From: a virus
Taxonomy: Duplodnaviria > Caudoviricetes
DNA length: 45,932 nucleotides
Virus record (IMG/VR): IMGVR_UViG_3300020042_001689
Coordinates: 1-45,932 of that record
Strand: one strand, 5' to 3'
The notes beneath the pieces were generated by a model, which saw only the letters and a program-made list of their open reading frames with translations, had not been told where the DNA came from and did not search any database. A program made the translations under genes and the position numbers. Every line of letters begins with the position of its first letter. The first letter of the stretch is position 1. Below, in pieces: positions 27,637-36,036 of this stretch.

Positions 27637-29418
27637 TTATTTTGTGACCCCAAGGTCATTAAGCATGGTGTGAGCTTTTTTGATGTACCAGTCATGGTCA
27701 ATGTCATTGGGCAAAAAATCCGGCAGAATCATGAGCGGCTTGGCCCCATCGGTTATAGGGACTTTGTTGCCATTTTTCTTGTAGTGTATGGCCCCTTGCT
27801 CATCTTTGGCATAGTACCAACGGACTGCTTTACCTAGGTACTCATTGTTCTTGACCGCCCCTCCTGTGACGGCTCTGACCGAGATGAACTTACGAATCTC
27901 TGTACACTCATTGATTGTCGTTTCTATCGGAATGTCAAGCTGTAAGTAGTCCACAACGGCTTGCGTACAGATCTGAGTTGTCGGTGTTTTGGACAGGTTT
28001 TCATCGGCATAAACACCTTTGACTTTATACCCGCCATTGCGCTTAAGTGCAATGTAGTTGTTGATGTCCCTGGAGTAAAGAGCCGTATAGTCCGTCTCTT
28101 CAGTGCTAAAGCCAGTTGTTCTTTCCCACCTGGCAACAATGGTCTCCATGGCCGCTTGGTTGCGCTTTTGGCAATAGATGATGATGCCATCAGTATTAGC
28201 ACTCACAACACTAATGCTTTGTTCTTCAAGAGCCTCAATAAGCATTAGCAAACTAAGTTGGCCGGTCACAGTTGTTTGAATAAGTAGGTTAGGTCCATAG
28301 AGGGCTGACCACCGTGACCCAAATTTGCCAAAGCTCCCGTTGATCGTAACTTTTAAAGCCTCGTTGATGACTTTATTGCCCTCTCTTTTTGCCTTGATTC
28401 TTTTCTCCACAAGGGATCTGTAGACGGTCAAGAAGTCAGGCCCGATGTGGTCAGGATAAAGCTTCTGGTTCAAGATGACGCTAGGATAGTAGCTAGTCAC
28501 GTCGCGGTCAACAATGACATGGTTGGCGTCAGCTATGTAGTGGACTTTTTTCTCGCAAGAATGAATCCCGCCAATGCCTAGTTGGTATGTGCTAGACCCG
28601 ACCTTGATCTTGAGTTTGCCGACCTCCAATGGTTCAGCAACGTCACCTTTTTCATTGAGTGTAAATGGCCGTGTCTTAAAAATGTCTAAGGCATTGCCTA
28701 ACCCTGGATGCTTAAACGCAACAAACAACGGAGGAACATAGTTGAATGAAAAGTCTTTAGGCAGACTAGGTCGAGAAACCTTCTCACCCCTGATTGCCTC
28801 GATCTGTTTTTTGATGACTGACTCAGCTATTTGAGCATCTGACTTTGACCGTAACTCCAAGCCATACTCTTTGCCCATCTGTTCACGTAGCTCAATCTGT
28901 TCACTGAGCCGGCCGTATAGGTCAATCGTTGTGTCTAAGTCGTTGATGCAGTAGCTACTCAGCAAGCCTCTTTCGTTTCGCTTGATCGTTGCATTCGGTT
29001 CTATTGGCAAGTCTTGCATGCGCTTACTGTGCAAGCGACCACCATAAATCTTTAGACTTGCTTTGCCTGGAGCCACCTCGATCAAGTCAATGTGATCAAT
29101 GTACTGGCATCTTGGCAACGCGTACTTTGATTCTGCATCCCAAGCTCTAAGGTCCTTGACAATGATGTCATCTGACAGAGCCTTCAGCTTTTGTGAATCA
29201 AAGCCGGCAATAGATCCTTTAAGCAAAAGCAAGTCATAGCGGTTGCCGTTAAACGTGATGATTGTGTACTTGGACAAAAGGCTTTTAAGTTGCTCAACGT
29301 CAAAGTCTTCCCAGTCTGAGCGTTCAAAGGTTGCAATCTTGCCGTTAGCAACAGACTTGATGGCAATCAAAAAGTAGTTGACATAGCATTCAATGTCAAG
29401 TACAGCTTTATTCCGCAT
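27637..29418 (-). CDS. Family B DNA polymerase with 3'-5' exonuclease
   Basis: Start MRNKAVLDIE at 29418; Exo I DIE, Exo II FNG..YD, Exo III YC.ND; polymerase motifs DVTSYYPS, K...NGSFGK, NTDG. Confidence 0.9.
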   Translation of the reverse strand: MRNKAVLDIECYVNYFLIAIKSVANGKIATFERSDWEDFDVEQLKSLLSKYTIITFNGNRYDLLLLKGSIAGFDSQKLKALSDDIIVKDLRAWDAESKYALPRCQYIDHIDLIEVAPGKASLKIYGGRLHSKRMQDLPIEPNATIKRNERGLLSSYCINDLDTTIDLYGRLSEQIELREQMGKEYGLELRSKSDAQIAESVIKKQIEAIRGEKVSRPSLPKDFSFNYVPPLFVAFKHPGLGNALDIFKTRPFTLNEKGDVAEPLEVGKLKIKVGSSTYQLGIGGIHSCEKKVHYIADANHVIVDRDVTSYYPSVILNQKLYPDHIGPDFLTVYRSLVEKRIKAKREGNKVINEALKVTINGSFGKFGSRWSALYGPNLLIQTTVTGQLSLLMLIEALEEQSISVVSANTDGIIIYCQKRNQAAMETIVARWERTTGFSTEETDYTALYSRDINNYIALKRNGGYKVKGVYADENLSKTPTTQICTQAVVDYLQLDIPIETTINECTEIRKFISVRAVTGGAVKNNEYLGKAVRWYYAKDEQGAIHYKKNGNKVPITDGAKPLMILPDFLPNDIDHDWYIKKAHTMLNDLGVTK

Positions 29419-29836
29419 ACTGACTCCACGCACGACCTGCCAAAACCCACAATTCTTTGCCACTAGATGGATAGTCTTGATCGGCAACAATGCGCTTTAT
29501 GCTTGTACACAATGCTAGTTTGGTGCAGCTTATGCACGGCGCTGTTGTGCAGTACAAAGTGTCGGCTTCATCGACTTGACGCAATCTAGCTATTGCGTTT
29601 TGTTCAGCGTGGGCTGACATGCAAAGATCTAAGCCTGAACCACTAGACAGTCCGGCTCCTGCACAAGGTACATCAATGCAATGCTGCGATCCTGGGAAAG
29701 ACCCGTTGTAGCCGGAAGACAGGATGTATCCATTGCCCGTTATGACGGCACCGACTTGCCTTCTGGAACAGGTTGCTCTTTTGGCAAATGCCCTAGCAAC
29801 TTGCATGTACGTCTGATCTAGCGTTGGTCTTGTCAT
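29408..29836 (-). CDS. dCMP deaminase
   Basis: 'ATC.RRQVGAVI', 'GYNG', HAEQNA and PCxxC zinc motifs. Confidence 0.93.
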   Translation of the reverse strand: MTRPTLDQTYMQVARAFAKRATCSRRQVGAVITGNGYILSSGYNGSFPGSQHCIDVPCAGAGLSSGSGLDLCMSAHAEQNAIARLRQVDEADTLYCTTAPCISCTKLALCTSIKRIVADQDYPSSGKELWVLAGRAWSQYAE

Positions 29837-30951
29837 GATGGTTGCCGGCCTTCTCTATGCTTGATGTGATTTATGTTGAATATTTTTGAACGGTCTACGC
29901 TGTCATAGCCTCTAGGCTGGATGTATTGCTCGCAGTACCGAATCAAGTCACAACCAGGAGCAGCATCTTCAACGTCCATCGGTCTAGAGTCGAACAAGTC
30001 ACAAAACATTCTTGTGCCGGTATCATAAAAGCTTTGTTTGCCCATTTTGCCTATAGGCTTAAAGACTAGCTCAAGGGCTGCTGTTGCATTTGCGCCATGA
30101 TAGCAGTTTGAATTCTCATCAATGAGTTCTGGAAAGTACTCAGCAATGTCCATGACCCAAGCGGTTAGAACAAACTTGAACCTTCTCCATCCATGCAGTG
30201 TCTGCCAGTCTAAGCACCAGTCAACAGCGGATTGGATTTTTATCGGTTCTGATTGGTCAACCAACCAATTAAAAAAGTCTCGTGCAAGCTTAGGGGCTAT
30301 GTCAACTAGGTACTCACGGCCTCCTTGACTGTAACCAAAAGAGGGCTTGTTGAATGACGGAATTTGGTTGCCCATTGAACTAAACATCGGACCTTCAAAG
30401 TCTTTGATCAAACGCCTAATTGAGTCCTCACCGTCTGCGTTCTTGCAAAGGTAAGGGACTGGAGAGTTGTACCAGCCATGCGGTGGCAGCTTGGCGTCAC
30501 CGATCATGGCAAAGCTTGCACCTGAGCCACAAATCCTATGCACAAGAAAGATGTAGAACCATTCTGCATCGTTGAACTTGTCAGCGTAGCCTTCACATGC
30601 ATAGCCGTGTTTGACATTCCATTTGTGTTTTGGATTGTCTTTGCCTAAAAACATTTCTTGTGGCACGTTTGAAAAGCCAGCGGCCCATCGGCTGACTGTG
30701 TCATAGATGTGAATGTTGTCTTGTAAAGGGCAGCCGCTCTTAGTAGATTCAGGCAACAAACCAACGTTACGGTCTTGCAGCAATTTAGCTCTATGGTGAT
30801 ACGCAACCGCTTCTAAGAAGTAGATCGACGGCTCTAGGTTGTAGTCTGAGCAAAGATCCCATTCTTTGCTCAGTGCGTCACGATACGGATGCCTATCAAT
30901 TTCATGCAACTCCAACGAGTGCAGCAGTTCAGGGCTATAGTTTAGCATCAT
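29833..30951 (-). CDS. Putative aGPT-Pplase1-like (amino acid:DNA transferase-type, HhH fold) DNA modification protein
   Basis: Remote motif order: 'IYDTVSR', 'FKF......MD', 'YHGANA..ALELVF', 'DVED...CD.IRY'; position inside the modification operon. Confidence 0.5.
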   Translation of the reverse strand: MMLNYSPELLHSLELHEIDRHPYRDALSKEWDLCSDYNLEPSIYFLEAVAYHHRAKLLQDRNVGLLPESTKSGCPLQDNIHIYDTVSRWAAGFSNVPQEMFLGKDNPKHKWNVKHGYACEGYADKFNDAEWFYIFLVHRICGSGASFAMIGDAKLPPHGWYNSPVPYLCKNADGEDSIRRLIKDFEGPMFSSMGNQIPSFNKPSFGYSQGGREYLVDIAPKLARDFFNWLVDQSEPIKIQSAVDWCLDWQTLHGWRRFKFVLTAWVMDIAEYFPELIDENSNCYHGANATAALELVFKPIGKMGKQSFYDTGTRMFCDLFDSRPMDVEDAAPGCDLIRYCEQYIQPRGYDSVDRSKIFNINHIKHREGRQPS

Positions 30952-31874
30952 GGTCCACGCTCCAGGTCAGACATGTCGCCCCATTCCCGTTGGCTTTTTA
31001 GGGGTGTATATTTGACTTGTTTATACTGGGCCACCACTTTGTCATCGGTGCCAACGTTTATGAAGATTGAATCATCAATGCCAAAATTTTCAAAGTCTTC
31101 CCAGCACTTGGCATCATAGTTTGCCGTTGACGGGAAAGGTGGCCGTTTGTTTAAAGATACGTCTTTTAAAAATGGCTGAGATGCTGACCATAGGATTGCG
31201 TTGCCGATTTCTCCGTCATGCATATTACGAGCAACAATAACGCCACGGCAAGCCGCTTTAGGCCAAGCTATTTGCAATGCACGAATGGCTGTTCCGGTAG
31301 ACACCGACATCCAAATCTCGCTGGGATCTTTACCTAGCTGCTCAGTGATAAGTCCTGCAAGATTGATGATGCCTGCTGTCACCAATGGCGTTTTGCCAAG
31401 TCCAAAAGGCAAGTACTTTGCCCCATGCTTTTCAGCCCACTTCTTAGCGTAGCTGTTTAAGGTTGGCATTGCTGCAATCTTGATAAAACGCAAGTCAGAC
31501 CCATAAGACAACAGTGCTTTTTGATGCATTGAAGGTTCGCCTGATGCTGGACAAAAGAACACGCAATGTTTGCCATAGAGTTTGGCAAGGGTTGCGATTG
31601 CATCCATAGCCATACCTACGCGAGGAGCACAATAAACCAAAACGTCTTCTTTGCACTCAGCTATCAACTGCTCAGCACCATAGCCTTTCAAGCTGCTAGC
31701 ACTAGCATCGCCTCTGAACACCCACTTTTTACCATGGGGCCGTACTACCGGGGCTGACAGCTTTGACTTAAAGCCATTGCGCATTGCAATGTAGTAGGAC
31801 CTTGCATCATGTCTGCCCCAGCCTGCCGGAATGTCCATGTTTGACTTGCTAGTTGTGCACGTAAAGATACTCAT
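30948..31874 (-). CDS. PLP-dependent enzyme, fold type II
   Basis: Start MSIFTCT (ATGA overlap); 'VFRGD....SLKG' Schiff-base Lys, 'YLPFG', 'IWMSVSTGT', 'NYDAK', 'FINVG'. Confidence 0.75.
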   Translation of the reverse strand: MSIFTCTTSKSNMDIPAGWGRHDARSYYIAMRNGFKSKLSAPVVRPHGKKWVFRGDASASSLKGYGAEQLIAECKEDVLVYCAPRVGMAMDAIATLAKLYGKHCVFFCPASGEPSMHQKALLSYGSDLRFIKIAAMPTLNSYAKKWAEKHGAKYLPFGLGKTPLVTAGIINLAGLITEQLGKDPSEIWMSVSTGTAIRALQIAWPKAACRGVIVARNMHDGEIGNAILWSASQPFLKDVSLNKRPPFPSTANYDAKCWEDFENFGIDDSIFINVGTDDKVVAQYKQVKYTPLKSQREWGDMSDLERGP

Positions 31875-32827
31875 AGTTGACCCCAATCAAAACGACGGTA
31901 AAAAGGCGGTGCAATGTGCACCGAGGAGTTGAGCTCCATGAAAATGTTTGCATACTCTTCAGGGTCTACGGAGTACCAGCTGCTTGGTGGGCTGACCAAA
32001 CATTGTTGGCTCATTTTGTCTATAAACAATTCAGTCCAATACTGCCTTTGATCTACAGTACCGCTGAATGGGGTTCCTTTATAAAAACCTGTTTGAGGGA
32101 TCTTGCGCTTTTCCCATTCAATCGGTACAGGGGCGGCAATTTCAACCTGCAGATTGAACTCATCAATTAAAAAGTTGGCCACATCTGAGTAGTTGCTGCA
32201 TAAGTCAATGACGGCTTGTTTAGGGGCGCTCTGTCGACCGATATGGTGTCGGATGTCTATTGATCCACAGACTAATGTTACGCGCCTTGGTTTGTGAACC
32301 AAGCGGCCTATTTGCTCAACAAAATAGCCTTTTTGTAATGCCCCATGCAAAGTTAGTCCATTGGTCCGGATTACACCTGAACCGCTAGCTGCAAAGGCTG
32401 TTGAGTGGCTGTCACCGATTGCAACTACGTCGTTTTTAAGATCTTGTTGGGTCAGTGTTGTTGAGGCTTGAAGGCGTGCATCTAGATTGGCCAAAAGGGC
32501 AGACGTCAGCCTAGTTGAGCATGTGGCCTGGCCTAAGCGTTTAGACAATTGATGGGCATAGTTTGGCATAGGCCAGTCTAAGCTGACTAGTTGGCCTTTG
32601 TAGTTTGCCAATTCTTCAAGCTTGTCAACTAAGCCTTCACTGACCCCTCCGAACAGATTGAGCACTCCGCCAAAATTGACGCCATGCTCCACGTATAGGA
32701 TTGGGCAAGTTAGCTGGTCAGTTGGCCCTGCAACAGGCACGCCAAGGCATTCTGCCCAATGCATGGCCCAGCCACGTACATGGCTTTTTGGACGAACAGG
32801 TATGTTTTGAAATGGGTTGTAAATCAT
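31871..32827 (-). CDS. SGNH/GDSL-like hydrolase or acyltransferase domain protein
   Basis: C-terminal half has 'AIGDSH', 'G.TL.G', 'GSIDIRHH', 'SSVHI'; N-terminal domain unknown. Confidence 0.55.
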   Translation of the reverse strand: MIYNPFQNIPVRPKSHVRGWAMHWAECLGVPVAGPTDQLTCPILYVEHGVNFGGVLNLFGGVSEGLVDKLEELANYKGQLVSLDWPMPNYAHQLSKRLGQATCSTRLTSALLANLDARLQASTTLTQQDLKNDVVAIGDSHSTAFAASGSGVIRTNGLTLHGALQKGYFVEQIGRLVHKPRRVTLVCGSIDIRHHIGRQSAPKQAVIDLCSNYSDVANFLIDEFNLQVEIAAPVPIEWEKRKIPQTGFYKGTPFSGTVDQRQYWTELFIDKMSQQCLVSPPSSWYSVDPEEYANIFMELNSSVHIAPPFYRRFDWGQL

Positions 32828-33561
32828 TTGACAAGCCCAATGTGTCGTGGATAGATGTGCAAAGATCCTGCATTCCAGTACATGTTGCCTTTGACTAAGT
32901 CAGGGTACGTTTGTTGCAACCTGATCAAAGCAAAGTCGTGGACAGTATTTTGCCAAAAATAGTCACCTTTGAACCCATAGACTGCATCATTAGAACGCAT
33001 GTTGACGATGTGGTTCAGCTGGCCGTCACGGATAAGCAGCTGGGTGCTGTACGTACACATGAAGTCACGCATGCCATCGATGACTGAGTCTTCATGCATC
33101 GAGGGTCGGATGTAAATGATCACAGCCTGTCGGCTTTCTTTGTTTAAGACAAGGGAGTCAATTGCTTTATGGAATTGATAGCCGTTCTCGGCGCTAAAGA
33201 CACACCATCCATAGTTTGAGTTGATCCGACCCTTCTTGCTTGCAACTTGTTGCCAGACCGCAGGCACAGGCGGAGCAATGTCATTGGTGTTCAATGACTG
33301 GCTCATGTACCAACGCAGCTCACGGGCATTCCATTCGGCATTCACTTCACCAAAAATGGAAGGCTCATCGGCTATGAATGATGCATTAACAATCTCCAAC
33401 ATTCCAGACTCGTCTGGCTTCATAGCCTTGAACTGGTCTCGGATGCCTTGGACTGCTGTAAAGTAAGGTTTAACTGGTTTGAGCCGCGTTATCTGATCAA
33501 ACAGTTTCTTTCCACGGTTGTAGAATTCTTTGTCTTTTCCTGTGCTGTTATCCTTACTCAT
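32824..33561 (-). CDS. dCMP hydroxymethylase, T4 gp42-like (thymidylate synthase fold)
   Basis: 'INSNYGW', 'IY.RPSM', 'DGM.DFMCT' (catalytic Cys), 'VNMRSND...GF..DY.WQ' (Asp at the dCMP-specificity site), 'WN.GSLH.Y.RH' track T4 gp42 as I recall it. Confidence 0.85.
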   Translation of the reverse strand: MSKDNSTGKDKEFYNRGKKLFDQITRLKPVKPYFTAVQGIRDQFKAMKPDESGMLEIVNASFIADEPSIFGEVNAEWNARELRWYMSQSLNTNDIAPPVPAVWQQVASKKGRINSNYGWCVFSAENGYQFHKAIDSLVLNKESRQAVIIYIRPSMHEDSVIDGMRDFMCTYSTQLLIRDGQLNHIVNMRSNDAVYGFKGDYFWQNTVHDFALIRLQQTYPDLVKGNMYWNAGSLHIYPRHIGLVK

Positions 33562-34334
33562 TACTTGCTCCCTACAAAGCGGTCATCTTTATCTTTGTTG
33601 TGAGCTGTGTGCTCCATCAAGATAAAGAGCTGGGTTCCAGCATGGGCAAGGTGGGGCAGCCCTGATTCTGGATCAGTGTCTTCACCTTGCCAGAAAGCAA
33701 AAAGATGCCGTATGATGGAGCCATAGGTACGTGACCAAGCAACAGTCTCGCCTTGACGGTACGAGTTGGCAAAGTACTTCTTGGCACCAAAGCCAAACAC
33801 ATTGGCAACTTGCATCATTGGGTCTATTGGCAGCAAGTCTACTCGCACCTTTGTTGCATCAAACTTAGGTGCAAAGCCATCTACGATCTTACCATCTGAA
33901 CTAGGTGCTGGTGCAATGTTGCCGTCTGAACTAGGTGCTAGTGTGGTGGTTGGTATCCGATCAATGATTTGTGTAAGCTCTGCTTCAGGGCCAACCCAAC
34001 CCTTAGGTTTGACTAAGTCACGCTTGAAGCCACCACGCTTCTCACCATTTTGACCAACCTCTTTGGCCATGTTTGCCTTCATGACCTTCTCAAAGCCTTC
34101 AAGCAAAGGCAGCCCTTGTCTGTCAAGAGTGCCGACAGCAAACACGATCAGATCAAGAAGGGCGTCGTACTCATCGACCAATGTAGTTGCCATGTTGTAC
34201 TCATCAAGTTCCTCTTGCAAAGCTTTGACTCGAAAGGCTTTTTCATGAGGATCAAGATGCCAAGGTAGACCATCATTGGTCAAACCAAATTTTTTATGCA
34301 TGGCCTTGACAAGGCCCATAATCCTGCTTTCCAT
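33561..34334 (-). CDS. Fusion: MazG/PRA-PH-like dNTP pyrophosphohydrolase plus dATP/dGTP diphosphohydrolase (DUF5664-like)
   Basis: N-term 'EELDE....DALLD', 'ANMAK', 'DLVKP.GW'; C-term 'KFD..K....LLP', 'FGAKKY', 'RHL..F..GED.DPESGLPHLAHA'; AAGGAG RBS. Confidence 0.8.
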   Translation of the reverse strand: MESRIMGLVKAMHKKFGLTNDGLPWHLDPHEKAFRVKALQEELDEYNMATTLVDEYDALLDLIVFAVGTLDRQGLPLLEGFEKVMKANMAKEVGQNGEKRGGFKRDLVKPKGWVGPEAELTQIIDRIPTTTLAPSSDGNIAPAPSSDGKIVDGFAPKFDATKVRVDLLPIDPMMQVANVFGFGAKKYFANSYRQGETVAWSRTYGSIIRHLFAFWQGEDTDPESGLPHLAHAGTQLFILMEHTAHNKDKDDRFVGSK

Positions 34335-34406
34335 AACTAACTCCTTCGTATTGATTAAACGGGCTTTTCACCCGATCGACGCATTGACCTGCGCTAAGGT
34401 TTGTCT

Positions 34407-34931
34407 TTAGCCAAGCAAGTCGGCATCTTCTTTGGCAAAGTTAGCAAAGTCATCAGATGCATCAGTGCGACCACTAAAGGCCTCACCGTCTTTGACTTTC
34501 ATGATGTTGTCCAAAGCAATCGACACGCCTTTGCCACCAGTTGGGTGCTCCCAAGCATAAGCTCGGATTGACGCCCTGTAGTAAGCACCGCTATAGATCT
34601 CATTGGCATCCATGATGGGTTTCAGAGAGGCATCAACAATGCCTGGCTTGTTGTTTGACGTGGCTTGCACGCTGTAGCAACCGGCAAACTCAGGCCTTTC
34701 TTCTTCATCACCATCTTTAACAGGCGACTTCATCTTTGGAGGAATTTTGCCCCATTTTGCTTTAGCTGTCTCATCAACCAATTTGTTGAGATCGGTCCAG
34801 AACGAACTCTTTTTAGGCAGTGGGATGGTGATTTGGTAACGAGGCTTTGCACCTTCAACGCCTTTAATGGCATGCGGTTCAAGTACGTGCACAAAAGATC
34901 CACGGAACTCAGGGGTAACAAGCTTTGACAT
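34407..34931 (-). CDS. Single-stranded DNA-binding protein (DUF2815-like)
   Basis: 'SF.HV.EP', 'P.KDGD', 'YSG.Y.RA.I..Y', 'G.KGV...L.NI.K.KDGE', acidic tail. Confidence 0.85.
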   Translation of the reverse strand: MSKLVTPEFRGSFVHVLEPHAIKGVEGAKPRYQITIPLPKKSSFWTDLNKLVDETAKAKWGKIPPKMKSPVKDGDEEERPEFAGCYSVQATSNNKPGIVDASLKPIMDANEIYSGAYYRASIRAYAWEHPTGGKGVSIALDNIMKVKDGEAFSGRTDASDDFANFAKEDADLLG

Positions 34932-34988
34932 TTTTAGTCCTTAAAACATTGATGAAAATGGGAGTCTTTCCTCCCTGTCATTTGGTCG

Positions 34989-35957
34989 TTAGACCACATC
35001 CATCAGCAACTCAAGAGCTTTGTTCTTGAGACTGTTGCCGTAACCAAACCATGCCGCATTCTGGTTGAGGCCGTGATCAACATGCTCAGTCACAGCATTG
35101 AGCAATCCCCAAGCAGTACCTTCTGCTTCTGGCAACTCATTGCCGATAGCTTGGCCGTTGAACAGTGCCATGATTGATTGAAAAGCTTTTGTCTTTTCAA
35201 CAGGTACTTGCTCTTGTACTTTAATACCGTTCACTGTCTTTGTAGACATGCTGACAGGCAGCAAAGTCTTGAGGAACTGAACAGCAAAGGTGCTGTTGAC
35301 CTGTTGATTTGCCAATCGGCGTGAATCAATCAAGAACTTTTCAAAGCCGTTGATTGCAATGCCAAGATCCAGTGCTGCATCTTTTGCGCTGAACGCCTTT
35401 GAATGATTGATGCGGACAGTGTCACCTGATTCAGCTGAGGCATAACCAAGTGTGTTGCTGCACACAACACGGACACTTGTAAAACGAGCCGTGGTTGCAA
35501 GAGTGCCGTCATATGATGTTGCCAACAGGACATAGGGTTTAACAACATCCTGGCCAACTATGGTTGCTCCATCATTGACTTTGGCCATTGCCCAGATACG
35601 CTTGCCGCCTGAGAGTGCGCCTGCTGTTTCCAGTTCAAAGTTGTTGTTCTCAGCAAGACGTGCAAAGAAGTCAAGCACATCTGCAGGTTGCACGATATTG
35701 TAGTCTTTGCCAACAACACCGAGAGGGGCGCTTGTGTCAGAACGGTAGAGGACGTCTCTGCCTGCGTGAGGCAACAAAATGCCATTTGCTTGATACTGGA
35801 CGGTTGAGCGCTCAACAGTATGGGACAAGCCTGCAGCTTTTGCCCACACCTCAATGGATTGGCCTGCTTCCAGTTGCTGGCCGAGACCGTGCCATGCTTT
35901 TTCACCTTTATGAGCAAAGTTGGCTTGTGCGTTAGAGAAATCGAGTTCGTGTGACAT
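34989..35957 (-). CDS. DUF932 family protein
   Basis: 'WHGLG', 'ETAG.L.GG..IW', 'SYDG', 'RVVC.NTL', 'GTAWG.LNAVTE..DH'. Confidence 0.85.
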   Translation of the reverse strand: MSHELDFSNAQANFAHKGEKAWHGLGQQLEAGQSIEVWAKAAGLSHTVERSTVQYQANGILLPHAGRDVLYRSDTSAPLGVVGKDYNIVQPADVLDFFARLAENNNFELETAGALSGGKRIWAMAKVNDGATIVGQDVVKPYVLLATSYDGTLATTARFTSVRVVCSNTLGYASAESGDTVRINHSKAFSAKDAALDLGIAINGFEKFLIDSRRLANQQVNSTFAVQFLKTLLPVSMSTKTVNGIKVQEQVPVEKTKAFQSIMALFNGQAIGNELPEAEGTAWGLLNAVTEHVDHGLNQNAAWFGYGNSLKNKALELLMDVV

Positions 35958-35969
35958 GATGATCTTTCA

Positions 35970-36036
35970 ACATTAAGACGGCGACATTGCCGTGAGTGCA
36001 TTGTACAACACTTTTAGGCTTGTACACAACTATTTT
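35970..36036 (-). promoter_or_regulatory. Repeated early promoter/5'-hairpin element, copy 2
   Basis: Same element with variant loop ACGGC(AATGTC)GCCGT. Confidence 0.8.

Noticed and set aside
32824-33561. Ordinary thymidylate synthase ThyA
   Set aside because: It has DFMCT rather than the LxPCH motif and Asp rather than Asn at the specificity position, matching the dCMP-acting type
33561-33870. 2-aminoadenine (Z) genome pathway suggested by the dATP/dGTP diphosphohydrolase domain
   Set aside because: No PurZ-like gene in the window, and the neighbours are pyrimidine enzymes
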